A stretch of 64,000 nucleotides of DNA from a candidate division FCPU426 bacterium (GCA_963847625.1 CAWKAR010000027.1:96001-160000); one strand, 5' to 3'. Positions 49,868 to 60,779 are shown, counted from the first letter of the stretch. The notes: generated by a model not told the origin, from the letters alone. Made by a program: numbers and translations.

Positions 49868-52120
49868 TCAATTGTTCCGAGGGGCTGGGGCTCTTTCTGG
49901 GTTTTTTGCCAAACTTTGCCAGTACTTTGAAAAAGGATAAAGCCTGACCGTTTCGGCCAACGACCGGCTGGCTTCAAGACGGTCGCCCCGGCGTGCGGCT
50001 TCCACAAATGATATAGCCGGAGTGGAAAGAAACAAAAAAGGATCAACCGCGGATAAATCCCTTTTCAATTTCAGTTCCGGCCTGATCTGGTAAACCGCCA
50101 AACCGTCCTTTGAATACAGGATGTCCAAGCCCGATGAAAAATATTCGTCAAAAAGCCGCCATTGGCTTGAGGTCAAATTATAGTTTGGATATTGCGAATT
50201 CATGCCGATGCCGCCGGGAACATTGACGACAATATGGGTGAATCCGGCTTCCCGGATTTTTAATTGAACTTCGTTCAAATCTTTGGCATGGCTGAAAAGG
50301 GAGGCTAGAAAAGGCGTTTCGTATCCCAAATCCAAATAAAAGGAGCGTGAATAATAGGCCCCGCGTCCATCACCCGCGATTAACACCTTTGAATCCACCG
50401 GCAACTCGTCCGAGACAAACCGGCAGGCCGGATAATAAGAATCAGCCATGACCCGGCTTAGATATTCATCGTGGGATTCCCTTCCGGCCCAGACGTCCCA
50501 TCCCGAATAATAAATCGCGCTCATCCCGGTTAAATAGGGAAAACAAAGTAAAGCCGAGAGAGAGGCAATGGAAAAAGCCGCCCTTGTCAACCAAGGGTTT
50601 TCAACCCGGCATAAAACGGCGGAACCCAGAATATAAATGAATAGGATTTCCGGAAGGTGGAATTTCAATATGCTTGATACGGCCAAATCGGCAAAGCCCA
50701 ACAGCAAAGCCGTCCAGACAGCCCACCGCCATTCAGCCTTTCTGAACCGGATTAAAAACAGCGCTGGAACCATCACCAACAACAGGGGCCCGGCAAATCC
50801 AAAGAGGCTTGGTTTGGACATCAACAAAGTCCAAGGTAATTTCCACTTGCTTCCAAGTTCCGCACTAAAACCGGAGGCCTCAAGTATCCATTGGGAAGCC
50901 TGCTGTGAAATTTGTCGTCCCCCGATCCAATGGCCAAAATAGGGATAAAAGGGATTGGCGGTATAGGTCCAGTTTTTAAACAGCCAGATCCCGGGAATTC
51001 CTAAAAGTAATAATACAAGCCCAAGGAAGAGGTGTTTTTTCTCACATATTGTTTCCCGATTTTTTTGAAAAAAAAGATAAACCAATAATCCGATGATCAC
51101 TCCCAAAACAGATATATATTTAATCGCCAACGTCATTCCGCCGCACAAACCCGTCAGCCATAACAAAGGTTTTAATTTATCAGGCTGATTTTCAGTGGAA
51201 AGGCGATATAAGCCATGAAAGTAGTGAATGAAAAATAACGTCAAAAGCCCCTCGATTTGGGAGGTCCAAGAAACCAGGTTCAAGAGCGGCAAAGTCAGGG
51301 TTAAGCCAAAGGCAAGCCATCCCGCATTTTGTCCACCCGCTTTTCGGGCCCAACCCCCGGCCGCAAGCGCGCAGACGCCTAAAACCATTACGTTTAACAA
51401 TTTGGCCGCTTCGGAGCCCTGGATTAAAAAACCCGTAAAGAAAAACAATTCACCACCATAGGGAAAACCCGAAAGGGGCTGGGACGGGAAGTCCGCCACC
51501 CCATGCATCCTCAACCAGTAGTTTGGTGTACCCAAGTGATAAACCAAACCGTCCACATGAACTTCGGGTAAAAAACCGTGCAAAAAAGAAAAACCAAAAT
51601 AGATCAAGGAGATGATGCAAAGAAAAATAGGTAATTTATCTTTCGGCAATGGGATTATGAATATGCCTGACGACGGCTTTTTTTTAAGAAAAGCCGCCAG
51701 CAGGATTAATAAGAAAACCGATTTCAAGAAAGATTCGAACCATAAATGAACTAACCCGAGTCCCAGCCATAAAAACGAAAGCGCTAAAACGCCCAGCGAA
51801 AATTCCGCCGAAAAATCCAGCCAGGAGTCCTCCAATTCAATCTGGAGCCATTCCCGGAATTTCCGCCCTATAAAAACCGTCAACCAGCTGATGGCCAAAG
51901 CGGTGAAAAAAATCCAAACGGAACGCCCCCCGTTTTTAAACCCTTGTGAAAAAGAAAAGGTATGCCCCGAATGACTGCTAAAAGCCGACCTTAATAGCCC
52001 TGGAAAGTCCGCCGGAAAGGGAAAATAGCGGTAAAAAACAAAAACAGTCCAGGCCAAAAGGACAAGAGCGATGGACCCGTTTATTTTTTTATTCGAAAAA
52101 ACAAAAGAAGAATTTTCCAA
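49868..52120 (-). CDS. Polytopic membrane protein, probable GT-C glycosyltransferase
   Basis: Many TMs; DGLVYHL..P, KY, KNW..TANPFYP motifs. Confidence 0.6.
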   Translation of the reverse strand: MENSSFVFSNKKINGSIALVLLAWTVFVFYRYFPFPADFPGLLRSAFSSHSGHTFSFSQGFKNGGRSVWIFFTALAISWLTVFIGRKFREWLQIELEDSWLDFSAEFSLGVLALSFLWLGLGLVHLWFESFLKSVFLLILLAAFLKKKPSSGIFIIPLPKDKLPIFLCIISLIYFGFSFLHGFLPEVHVDGLVYHLGTPNYWLRMHGVADFPSQPLSGFPYGGELFFFTGFLIQGSEAAKLLNVMVLGVCALAAGGWARKAGGQNAGWLAFGLTLTLPLLNLVSWTSQIEGLLTLFFIHYFHGLYRLSTENQPDKLKPLLWLTGLCGGMTLAIKYISVLGVIIGLLVYLFFQKNRETICEKKHLFLGLVLLLLGIPGIWLFKNWTYTANPFYPYFGHWIGGRQISQQASQWILEASGFSAELGSKWKLPWTLLMSKPSLFGFAGPLLLVMVPALFLIRFRKAEWRWAVWTALLLGFADLAVSSILKFHLPEILFIYILGSAVLCRVENPWLTRAAFSIASLSALLCFPYLTGMSAIYYSGWDVWAGRESHDEYLSRVMADSYYPACRFVSDELPVDSKVLIAGDGRGAYYSRSFYLDLGYETPFLASLFSHAKDLNEVQLKIREAGFTHIVVNVPGGIGMNSQYPNYNLTSSQWRLFDEYFSSGLDILYSKDGLAVYQIRPELKLKRDLSAVDPFLFLSTPAISFVEAARRGDRLEASRSLAETVRLYPFSKYWQSLAKNPERAPAPRNN

Positions 52121-52512
52121 CGTTTAATCCTTAGTCAAATATAAAATTCACAAACACCCTACCATAAGGCCTTCTTGAATAGAGATTGAGCATCAACTGC
52201 CAATTTTGTTAAAAGCCGGGATCCGGAGACCCCGGGTTTTTTGCGAAAATGAGGAAAAATAAATGTGACAAGAACAAATTTGCCCTTGAAAAATAGAAAA
52301 GAGTAAAAAAATTGGAATGACTTTGCCTCAAAAAGCCGGAAAAAGAAAAATTTATGAGAATTCCGCCCAATTATAACAAATGTCGTTTTTTCGTCTTGAA
52401 GAATAATTTTTCGGGGCTCCTTTCACTTTTGAATAGTGTCAAGGAACTTGATTGGTTATTCTCTTTTTGTTTTGGGCAGGTTTCGACCAACTATTTTTTG
52501 GGAGAGAGAAAA

Positions 52513-53841
52513 ATGAACTATTTCAGGTTTTTATCCCCAATATTCAAACGAATTTCCGTTTGCCTTGGCGCGGGGGCGGTTTTCTTTATCAATGGGACCG
52601 GAGCTTTCGCTCAAGCGAATAGCCCGGCACCCAGCGCCATTAATTCGGGTGACACGGCCTGGGTCCTGGCCTCCGCGGCCCTGGTCATGCTGATGACGCC
52701 CGGCTTGGGGCTTTTTTACGGCGGAATGGTGCGCCGGAAAAACGTCCTGGCGACCATCATGCAAAGTTTTTTCCTGGTGGCCCTGATCGGTGTCCAGTGG
52801 GTGGTTTGGGGTTATTCATTGGCATTCAGCCCCGGGAACAACTTTGTGGGTGGGCTTTCTTGGACCATGCTTAATGGTATCGGAGCGGTCAATCCTAGCG
52901 CACCGACCATCCCCCACTACGCCTTCATCCTGTTCCAGGCCATGTTCGCCATCATCACTCCTGCCCTTATCACGGGGGCCTTCGCGGAAAGGGTCAAGTT
53001 CAGCGGATTCATCCTCTTCTCTCTCCTTTGGGCCACATTCATATACGACCCCATCGCGCACTGGGTTTGGGGCGGGGGCTATTGGGCCCAAAAGGGAGGA
53101 CTCGATTTCGCTGGGGGAGCTGTCGTGCATATCAGCGCCGGTTTCTCAGCGCTTGCGATGGCTCTTCTAGCCAGCAAACGGAAGGGTTACGGGACGGTCC
53201 TCATGGTGCCCCATAACATGACCATGGTGTTGACCGGGGCGGGCCTCCTTTGGTTCGGCTGGTTCGGGTTCAACTCGGGTTCGGCTCTGGGGGCCAACAC
53301 CCAAGCTTGCACGGCCTTCCTAGCCACCAACACTGCGGGCGCCGTCGCCACACTGGTTTGGTGCTTGATTGAGACCATTCACCGCAGAAAGCCCACCGCG
53401 TTCGGAGCCGCCTCCGGAGCCATCGCGGGCCTGGCCGCGGTGACTCCCGCCGCGGGTTACGTGGATATGAGTGGAGCCCTTTGCATCGGAGCCCTGGCGA
53501 GCCTGCTTTGTTATGGGGCCATCCTGTTCAAGATGAAATTGGGTTATGACGACTCCCTGGACGCCTTTGGCATCCATGGCGTGGGAGGTTTTTGGGGGGT
53601 CCTGGCCCTGGGTCTTTGGGCCAATCCCCTCATCGGCGGCAAGGCCGGGTATTTATACGGGAACGCCGGCCAATTCACCATCCAGTTTCTCATGGCGGTA
53701 TCCACCGCTTTGTATTCCTTTATCGGCACGGTTATACTGTTCCAGCTGGTGGAAAAGACAATCGGATTTCGGGCCAGCGAGAGGGAACAAGACCTCGGCC
53801 TCGACCTATCCCAACATGGTGAGGAAGGCTATAACAGTTAA
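52513..53841 (+). CDS. amtB: Ammonium transporter (second paralog)
   Basis: Same Amt motifs, twin His retained. Confidence 0.97.
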   Translation: MNYFRFLSPIFKRISVCLGAGAVFFINGTGAFAQANSPAPSAINSGDTAWVLASAALVMLMTPGLGLFYGGMVRRKNVLATIMQSFFLVALIGVQWVVWGYSLAFSPGNNFVGGLSWTMLNGIGAVNPSAPTIPHYAFILFQAMFAIITPALITGAFAERVKFSGFILFSLLWATFIYDPIAHWVWGGGYWAQKGGLDFAGGAVVHISAGFSALAMALLASKRKGYGTVLMVPHNMTMVLTGAGLLWFGWFGFNSGSALGANTQACTAFLATNTAGAVATLVWCLIETIHRRKPTAFGAASGAIAGLAAVTPAAGYVDMSGALCIGALASLLCYGAILFKMKLGYDDSLDAFGIHGVGGFWGVLALGLWANPLIGGKAGYLYGNAGQFTIQFLMAVSTALYSFIGTVILFQLVEKTIGFRASEREQDLGLDLSQHGEEGYNS

Positions 53842-54072
53842 GATTGTTAAAAAATATTACCTCGAAGTTTTTCCGGCTGCCAAGGCCCGGATTTGCCCGG
53901 GGCCTAGCCGTGTACTTGGGCGGGGTCCCATTCCCCACCCAAGTGGCGGCCTGAAAGCACTGCCCTTCGCTGCGGTGCGAAGGGCGTCCCTTGACATCCT
54001 GATCACAGGGGAAGCGGGAAACGACAGGGTTTTGATAAAAGGCTTAACCTACAGACAAAAAGGGGGATCCAC

Positions 54073-54408
54073 ATGAAACGAATCGAAGCCATTATCCGTC
54101 CCGGCGCGCTGAGGGCGGTCATGGACGGCCTGAAAGCCGTTGGTTATTCGGGCTTAACCGTCACGGACGTTCACGGCCACGGCAAACAAAGGGGCGTGAC
54201 CGAGCATTACCGCGGGCAAAGCGTGGAAGGCCTTCTTCCCAAACTGCTGGTCACCACGGTGGTGAAGGACAAGGAAGTCCAGAAAGTCGTGAAGATCATC
54301 ATGACCACCACCCAAACCGGCGAGATCGGGGATGGAAAGATATTCATTTCACCCGTGGCCAACGTGATCCGCATCCGAACCGGTGAAAAGGGCGAAAAGG
54401 CCCTTTAA
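54073..54408 (+). CDS. glnK: P-II nitrogen regulator (second amt-linked copy)
   Basis: PII motifs; close paralog of 49526-49861. Confidence 0.9.
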   Translation: MKRIEAIIRPGALRAVMDGLKAVGYSGLTVTDVHGHGKQRGVTEHYRGQSVEGLLPKLLVTTVVKDKEVQKVVKIIMTTTQTGEIGDGKIFISPVANVIRIRTGEKGEKAL

Positions 54409-55002
54409 TGGTGGTTTTCAAAAAGTCCTGTTGGAATCGCGGGCAGGGGAAACACCCCATGGCGGATTGTTCCAAGGTAGCCGGAACCTCAAGATCGATA
54501 TAAATGGGTTTTATGACGTTGATATTTCCCGTGGTGAGCCTGTTCTCGGAATTTTGCACAAAAAATTCAAATAATGGTTGACTACGATCCGGATAGAATG
54601 GATCGGATACAGCAATTTCTATTTAAATCTTGCAAAAGGTCGTTATGTATTTTTGGTGTAATTCCGCCCAGATTCGCGATAAAGCAGTCAGGGAAATCGC
54701 GACTTCTCCTTTTTTCTTAAAAGCATTATTGAAAGAGTGGCATGAGCTGAAATGATTTATGGGCAGATTCTCTTAAATCGTTATAAGAATTTTGACATGA
54801 CTGATAGAAATTTTTTCTTTTAGCTTCCTATAAATGTATTCCCTATGGAATTTCCTAGTTCTTCATTTTAGAATGCTCTGTCAAAAAGTTAACGCTTAGA
54901 ATGATTAAAATATCTAAGTTTAAACCATCATATTGATCACTGGGACGCGCGATTCCCAGCCAACTTATCAATCCGGGTTTTAACCAAGTGAGGAGTCACA
55001 GG

Positions 55003-56019
55003 GTGGCGACTATAAAAGACGTGGCGAAAAAAGCCGGTGTAACGATTGGAACCGTTTCCAGGGTTTTAAACAACAAAAAATGGGTTAGCGACGATTGCAA
55101 GGAAAAAGTTTTAGCGGCCATCAACGACCTCCATTACAAACCCCAGGCACACGCGAGGCGGCTTCGCCAGAAAGGGTCCCGTATTTTGGGGGTTATCGCC
55201 CCCCATCATACGGCCTTGTTCAGCAGTCCCTTCTTCACCAACATCATGGAGGGGATCGAGGAAGTGGCGGCCGAGCACCAATACCGGCTCTTGTTACACC
55301 CTTTGAACGAGACAGCCCGGGCGCAGGTTTCCTACCGGATCCTCCTGGGGGACGGAAGCGTGGACGGCATGTTCGTCCTGAATTCCTGGTCCAACGACGC
55401 TTCCATCCGGGAACTGATCGAAGCCAATGTCCCATTCGTCCTCATCAACGGAAAGATCACGGGCAAGGAAGAGCTGCCCTACGTGGGCTTGAACAACCGG
55501 TGCGGCGTTTTCAAGGCCATCGCCTATTTGAAAGACCTGGGCCATGAAAGAATCGGCATGATCAACGGAAAAATGACCACGACCAACGCCTTGGAACGCT
55601 TCCAGGCCTTTCAGGAAGCCCTAGCCGAGAACAAGATGGATTTCGAGAGGGATTGGATCGGCGACGGGGATTTCGAGGAAGAGGGAGGGTTCAAAGCCTG
55701 CCTGCAGATCATGAAATCCATCCGTAAACCCAGCGCCATCCTTTGCGCCAACGACCTCATGGCCATGGGGGCCATCCGAGCTTTGAAATCAATGGGCCTG
55801 ATGGTTCCCTCGAACATTTCCATCGTGGGGTTTGACGATATGGAGAAGGCGACGTATAACGAACCCGCCCTGACCACCGTTTCCTATTCCCCTTTTGAGA
55901 TGGGGAAAAAGGCGGCCCAGAAGATGTTCCAGTTGGTCGCCGGGGAAAAGCTCTCGGAAATAACCACCTTCCTGGAATCCAAGCTGATCGAGAGGGATTC
56001 CACCCGGAAGATTAATTAG
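55003..56019 (+). CDS. LacI-family transcriptional regulator
   Basis: TIKDVAKKAGVTIGTVSRVLN; NDLMAMG; SIVGFDD; PALTTV. Confidence 0.95.
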   Translation: MATIKDVAKKAGVTIGTVSRVLNNKKWVSDDCKEKVLAAINDLHYKPQAHARRLRQKGSRILGVIAPHHTALFSSPFFTNIMEGIEEVAAEHQYRLLLHPLNETARAQVSYRILLGDGSVDGMFVLNSWSNDASIRELIEANVPFVLINGKITGKEELPYVGLNNRCGVFKAIAYLKDLGHERIGMINGKMTTTNALERFQAFQEALAENKMDFERDWIGDGDFEEEGGFKACLQIMKSIRKPSAILCANDLMAMGAIRALKSMGLMVPSNISIVGFDDMEKATYNEPALTTVSYSPFEMGKKAAQKMFQLVAGEKLSEITTFLESKLIERDSTRKIN

Positions 56020-56045
56020 CTTAAATAGGGTTTAATCATTGTTTT

Positions 56046-56070
56046 AAAAAGCCCCCTTGAGGGGTTTTTT
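56046..56070 (+). terminator. Intrinsic terminator
   Basis: AAAAAGCCCCCTTGAGGGGTTTTTT. Confidence 0.6.
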
Positions 56071-56119
56071 AATTTCCCCAGAAAAACCTAACATAAGAAT
56101 CCATGGGGTCGAAAAAAGC

Positions 56120-57907
56120 ATGAAGGAAATCCGGTACTTCCTAACTTTATTAACTTTTCTATTGGGGACAGTGGGTTGGGCCCAAGATCTCAATTCGCTT
56201 TCTTCCAATAGTTCCCAAGTTGTCTCGGCCGAGGGGTTTCCTTCCTTGAAACCGGTTCACTCAGGAGAATCTTTCAAGTTGGCGGTGAAACTTGTCATTC
56301 GAGAAGGATGGCATGTGAACGCCCACAACGGGCTTCCCGAATTTTTCATTCCCGCCGAACTTTCCTTCGGATCGGGGATGCCCGCATCCCTCCTTTCTCC
56401 CGTACTCTATCCCCTCGGTGTTCCAAAGGCATTAGGAGGAATCGACAAGCCTTTTCCGGTTTACGAAAAGGAAGCGGTGTTTTACGCTGAAATCAGATTA
56501 AACGAGGGGATAAAACCCGGAACCCTCGTAATACCACTCCAACTGCAAGTCCAGGCTTGCAATGACCGCGTCTGCCTGGCTCCCGCCACCCTACCAGTGA
56601 AGGTATCCCTGGAAATTGCGGGACTCAACCAGCCGGTGGCTCCATACCATCCGGAACTTTTCAAAACGGTTCCAGAATCAACCGAATTCATTTCCGAGAA
56701 CATCATCGCCAAGTTCCTGAGGGAAAAGGGCATCTTCCTGACTTTCATCCTTATTTTCCTGGGGGGTCTGGCCTTGAACCTGACCCCTTGCGTTTATCCC
56801 ATGATCCCCATCACGGTTTCCTATTTTGGAAGCCAGAAAACGGAAAGCGCACCGGTCATCCTGGCCCGAGCCCTGGCCTATGTTATTGGGATTTCGGTGA
56901 CCTATTCCTCCCTGGGGGTGACGGCCGCCATGACCGGAAAGATCCTGGGTTCCACCCTGCAATCCCCCTGGGTGCTCTTAGGCATCTCCATTCTGCTGGT
57001 GACTTTGTCCCTTTCCATGTTCGGGCTTTACGAGATCCAGGCCCCGTCCTGGCTTTTAAACAAAGTGGCGGCGGGGAACAGCCAGGGCTGGATCGGGGCC
57101 TTGGTCATGGGCCTGGTTTTTGGCATCGTGGCCGCCCCCTGCGTGGACCCCTTTTCCATCGGCCTGCTGACTTATGTGGCCGCCAAGGCCAACCCCTACT
57201 TGGGTTTCCTCATGTTCTTCACGCTTTCCCTGGGGCTGGGGTTCCCTTACCTTTGGCTGGGATTCTTTTCCAATGAAATCCAACGGCTTCCCAAGTCGGG
57301 GATGTGGATGATTTGGGTCAAGAAGGTGTTCGGGATGGTACTTTTGGGAATGCCGCTTTATTTCCTCCATTCTTTGTTCCCGGGGGATTTCAGCCGTTAC
57401 GCAGTGCCGGCCTACCTGGCCCTGGCGGGGATTTTGCTGGGGTGGGTCTTTTCAGGCATCGGGGTCACTGGAGGGTTCAAGAAATTCCAGCGTTCCTTCG
57501 GAATGGCCCTCATCCTTTTCGGGATTTTCATTTATAAGGCCTGGCCACAGCCGATCGAACTGCCTTTTCAAAATTACGATTTAAGCTTGGTGCAAGAGGC
57601 CCAAAAGCAAAACAAGCAGGTTTTCATCGATTTCTCGGCTACCTGGTGCCTTCCCTGCAAGGAACTGGAGGTGAGGATATTTTCCGATCCCAAGATCCAC
57701 GAGGCGTTCCGATCCTGGGTCCTGTTGGAAGCGGACATGAGCCAATATTCCTCGGGGCCCGTGGAGGAATTAAAAAAGGATTACCACATCCTGGGGGTAC
57801 CCACGTTGATATTCCTCGGAGCAGATGGGAAGGAAAGGTCGGGACTGCGGACAGTCGGATTTATTCCTGTTTCCGAACTCCTGGAAAAAATCAATCAGGT
57901 CAAATAA
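56120..57907 (+). CDS. dsbD: Protein-disulfide reductase DsbD family
   Basis: QACNDRVC, LTPCVYPMIP, AAPC, WCLPC thioredoxin domain. Confidence 0.9.
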   Translation: MKEIRYFLTLLTFLLGTVGWAQDLNSLSSNSSQVVSAEGFPSLKPVHSGESFKLAVKLVIREGWHVNAHNGLPEFFIPAELSFGSGMPASLLSPVLYPLGVPKALGGIDKPFPVYEKEAVFYAEIRLNEGIKPGTLVIPLQLQVQACNDRVCLAPATLPVKVSLEIAGLNQPVAPYHPELFKTVPESTEFISENIIAKFLREKGIFLTFILIFLGGLALNLTPCVYPMIPITVSYFGSQKTESAPVILARALAYVIGISVTYSSLGVTAAMTGKILGSTLQSPWVLLGISILLVTLSLSMFGLYEIQAPSWLLNKVAAGNSQGWIGALVMGLVFGIVAAPCVDPFSIGLLTYVAAKANPYLGFLMFFTLSLGLGFPYLWLGFFSNEIQRLPKSGMWMIWVKKVFGMVLLGMPLYFLHSLFPGDFSRYAVPAYLALAGILLGWVFSGIGVTGGFKKFQRSFGMALILFGIFIYKAWPQPIELPFQNYDLSLVQEAQKQNKQVFIDFSATWCLPCKELEVRIFSDPKIHEAFRSWVLLEADMSQYSSGPVEELKKDYHILGVPTLIFLGADGKERSGLRTVGFIPVSELLEKINQVK

Positions 57908-57969
57908 CAGCTTGCCAAAAAAAATCTAAAAATCAAACGTAGAGAAATAATGCAGGTTATTGGAGAAGC

Positions 57970-58167
57970 TTAATCTTCCTCAACCAAGGCGAATTCACGG
58001 TGGTGGGAAAAACAGGAAGGGCATTTCTCGGGAAGACCGGTTTTGCGGTGGACCAACTGACCGCAGGTGAAACAACGCCATAAAAGCTCCCGCGAATCCG
58101 AGTTCGCGTCGTAGAGATAGTTGTGGAGGATTTTGATTTTAGATTCAAACTTTAAAGTGGTGGACAT
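57970..58167 (-). CDS. Small rubredoxin/zinc-ribbon protein
   Basis: WRCFTCG...PEKCPSC. Confidence 0.6.
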   Translation of the reverse strand: MSTTLKFESKIKILHNYLYDANSDSRELLWRCFTCGQLVHRKTGLPEKCPSCFSHHREFALVEED

Positions 58168-58277
58168 ATAACACCCCCTCATTCAACCGCGAATATTATT
58201 TTACTTTCAAAAGGGAATGATGGGAAATTTTGGAATGTTAAATGAGGTTAAAAGGTTAACTTTTTATAATATCAAAC

Positions 58278-59330
58278 GCTGAATTCAACCAGTAAGTGCA
58301 ACACCTTGACTAAAGACCTGCTCCGGCGTTTTGAAACGAAGGCACTTGCGAGGACGATGGTTTAGGATCCGTTCCACGCGTCGTACATTCGCTGGGGTTA
58401 TAGTAGCAAAATCCGTTTTCTTGGGATAGAAGCGACGAACAAGACCTGCAGTATTTTCAACACAACCTTTCTCCCAACTGTGGAAGGGCAAACAAAAGAA
58501 TGAACGAGTGCCTGAAACACGATTCACCTGGAGATGTTCGACGTTTTCGGAGCCATTGTCGTATGTGATGGTACGGCGGAGGCCTTTTGAAATCCGAACC
58601 AACCGACGGTTGATTGCGGCTCTAGTGTGGAAAGCTGATTTTTGAGGTAGCCAAGCCAGTTTCACCAGACGACTTTTGCGCTCGACCATAACCAGAAGTG
58701 AGGGTTTGCTTTTCCGGGAGATGATGGTGTCGGCCTCCCAGTGCCCGAATTGCTGTCTTGTTTCAACGATAGCTGGTCGTTGGGTAATGGGAGTACGTTG
58801 AGGAATATGGCTTTTGCGATGTTTTTGAGTGTGCCAACGTCGCAAACGTTTTCGATGGGCCCGGGCTAGATGAGGAATGAGGTTTCGAGCTTCGCAGTAG
58901 ATGAATTGATAGATGGCTTCATGGGAAACGGAAAGTTTTGGTTTCTCCCGGCGAAGAAAACCGGCAATTTGCTCGGGCGAGAGTCCACGAGGTATTTCTC
59001 GCAGTACTAAACGGCGAATCTCAGGATTTTTAAGCCTTAAATGAGTACGTGAAAGACGGTTTCGGTGTTCTGCACGCATGTGAGCTCTGGCGGGCAGGTA
59101 GCGGCAAGATCGTATAGGAGGGGGCGTTGCGCTTCAGTTCTCGGGAAATGCTGGATACATCACGGCCCAGACGGCGTGCGATTTCCCGAAGGGAGAGGCC
59201 TTCAGCATTCCAAACTGAAATTTCTTCACGTTCGGCTAACGACAGATGCTTGTAGGATGATTTCATAGCACTTAGGATAACCCCCGGGTTCTGCCGGGTC
59301 TAAGTGTTGCACTTCGTTATTGAACTGGGG
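58278..59330 (-). mobile_element. IS30-family insertion sequence (second, diverged from the first)
   Basis: TIRs sharing AAGTGCAACAC; 3-bp TSD AAC. Confidence 0.9.
58285..59266 (-). pseudogene. IS30 transposase with a frameshift in a C-run
   Basis: Removing one base at 59120-59124 restores RNAPPIRS, as in the first copy. Confidence 0.85.
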
Positions 59331-59420
59331 AACGCATATATCTAACGGGTTTTAGGTTAAAACAAAAAATGGTTGTATGACAAAGTATAAGGAAATAAAA
59401 AGGCTGACCGGGATCTTAAA

Positions 59421-60779
59421 TCATTTCCCGAGTTTTCGTAGAGTCTCAAAGGAATAGATGCCCGTCCCATGCCCGTCGGACCATTGGAAGTGGAGCGCGT
59501 AACGGCCTACCGGATCCACTCCCGCGATATAGACGCTGGGATCAATAGATTCGATATTCACCATCCGCTTTCCGGTCACTTCGTTCACGCAAGAAGCGCA
59601 GGGGCACATACTGCGCAGATATCGGTTTGGATAGCGAAGGACCTTCCCGTCATCCCACTTGATGACCGTGACCTTTTCATCCTGTGTGTCCACCTCCCGG
59701 GGCCGGTTGGAGACCCTGCTTGTTTTGTCGTTGATGATGGAAAGCTGGGAGGCCATCTGCCGGGCGATCTGGCCATAGGCCTTGGCCGAGAGGGAATCGG
59801 GATGGGAAGCCACGGTAGGAACGCCGGAATCCCCGTCTTCGGCTACCAGCGCCTCTAGGGGCACCTCACCCAGGAAGGGAACGGCCAATTCACCGGCCAT
59901 TTTCCCGCCCCCGCCCTTCTTGAAAATTTCGGTGATTTTCCCGCAATGCCCGCACACGAAACCGCTCATGTTTTCCACGATTCCGATAATGGGAACCTGG
60001 ACCTGCTGGAACATCCGGAGTCCCTTTTGAGTGATGACCCTGGCCACATCCTGGGGGGTCGTTACGAGAACAGCCCCCGACAGGGGAACGGACTGGGTCA
60101 GGGTCAGTTGGACATCGCCCGTTCCCGGGGGGAGGTCTATTAATAAGTAGTCTAAAGCACCCCATTCCACCCCTGCCAGGAATTGCCGGACCAGCTTGCT
60201 GGCCATGGGGCCGCGCCATATGAGGGCCGTGTCGCTCTCCTCCTGTAGCATGCCCACTGACATGAATTTGATGCCGTGTTTCTCGAAGGGGATCATTTTC
60301 TTGGAAAGGGGGTCCGTTTCGGGCTGGTGGCCCAATACCCCCAGCATTCGAGGAATGGAAGGCCCGTAGACATCCGCGTCCATCAACCCCACCAGCGCGC
60401 CGGTTTTAGCCAGGGCCAGGGCCAGGTTGGCGGCCACCGTGCTTTTCCCCACCCCCCCTTTTCCGGATGCCACGGCGATCAGGTTCTTGACGGTCGGCAT
60501 ATTCAGGTTTTTGACACCGGTGGGGGCTTGTTTCACGTTGGAGGTCATCCGGACATCCACTTGGGTGATGCCGGGAATCTTTTTCACTGCTTCCATGGCT
60601 TGGGACTTGAAAAGGTCCTTGACGGGGCAGGCGGGAGTGGTCATTTCGATATTGAAACTGACGTTTCCACCCTCGATTTTCATATTTTTGATGAAACCCA
60701 AGGTAACAATGTCCTGGTACAGGTCGGGATCCTTGATACCCCGAAGGGCGTTTAAGATGTCCTGTTCGGAAACACCCAT
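59421..60779 (-). CDS. mrp: Mrp/ApbC Fe-S carrier ATPase with N-terminal DUF59 and C-terminal DUF971
   Basis: TTPACP, GKGGVGKST, DLPPGTGD, CGHC, CPCASC...WSDGHGTGIYSF. Confidence 0.9.
   Translation of the reverse strand: MGVSEQDILNALRGIKDPDLYQDIVTLGFIKNMKIEGGNVSFNIEMTTPACPVKDLFKSQAMEAVKKIPGITQVDVRMTSNVKQAPTGVKNLNMPTVKNLIAVASGKGGVGKSTVAANLALALAKTGALVGLMDADVYGPSIPRMLGVLGHQPETDPLSKKMIPFEKHGIKFMSVGMLQEESDTALIWRGPMASKLVRQFLAGVEWGALDYLLIDLPPGTGDVQLTLTQSVPLSGAVLVTTPQDVARVITQKGLRMFQQVQVPIIGIVENMSGFVCGHCGKITEIFKKGGGGKMAGELAVPFLGEVPLEALVAEDGDSGVPTVASHPDSLSAKAYGQIARQMASQLSIINDKTSRVSNRPREVDTQDEKVTVIKWDDGKVLRYPNRYLRSMCPCASCVNEVTGKRMVNIESIDPSVYIAGVDPVGRYALHFQWSDGHGTGIYSFETLRKLGK

Noticed and set aside
52312..52327. 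Sigma54 promoter for the second amtB (TGGAATGACTTTGC)
   Set aside because: GG-to-GC spacing is 9, not 10
54940..54959. LacI operator (CTGGGACGCGCGATTCCCAG)
   Set aside because: Imperfect single palindrome with atypical spacing; no second convincing copy
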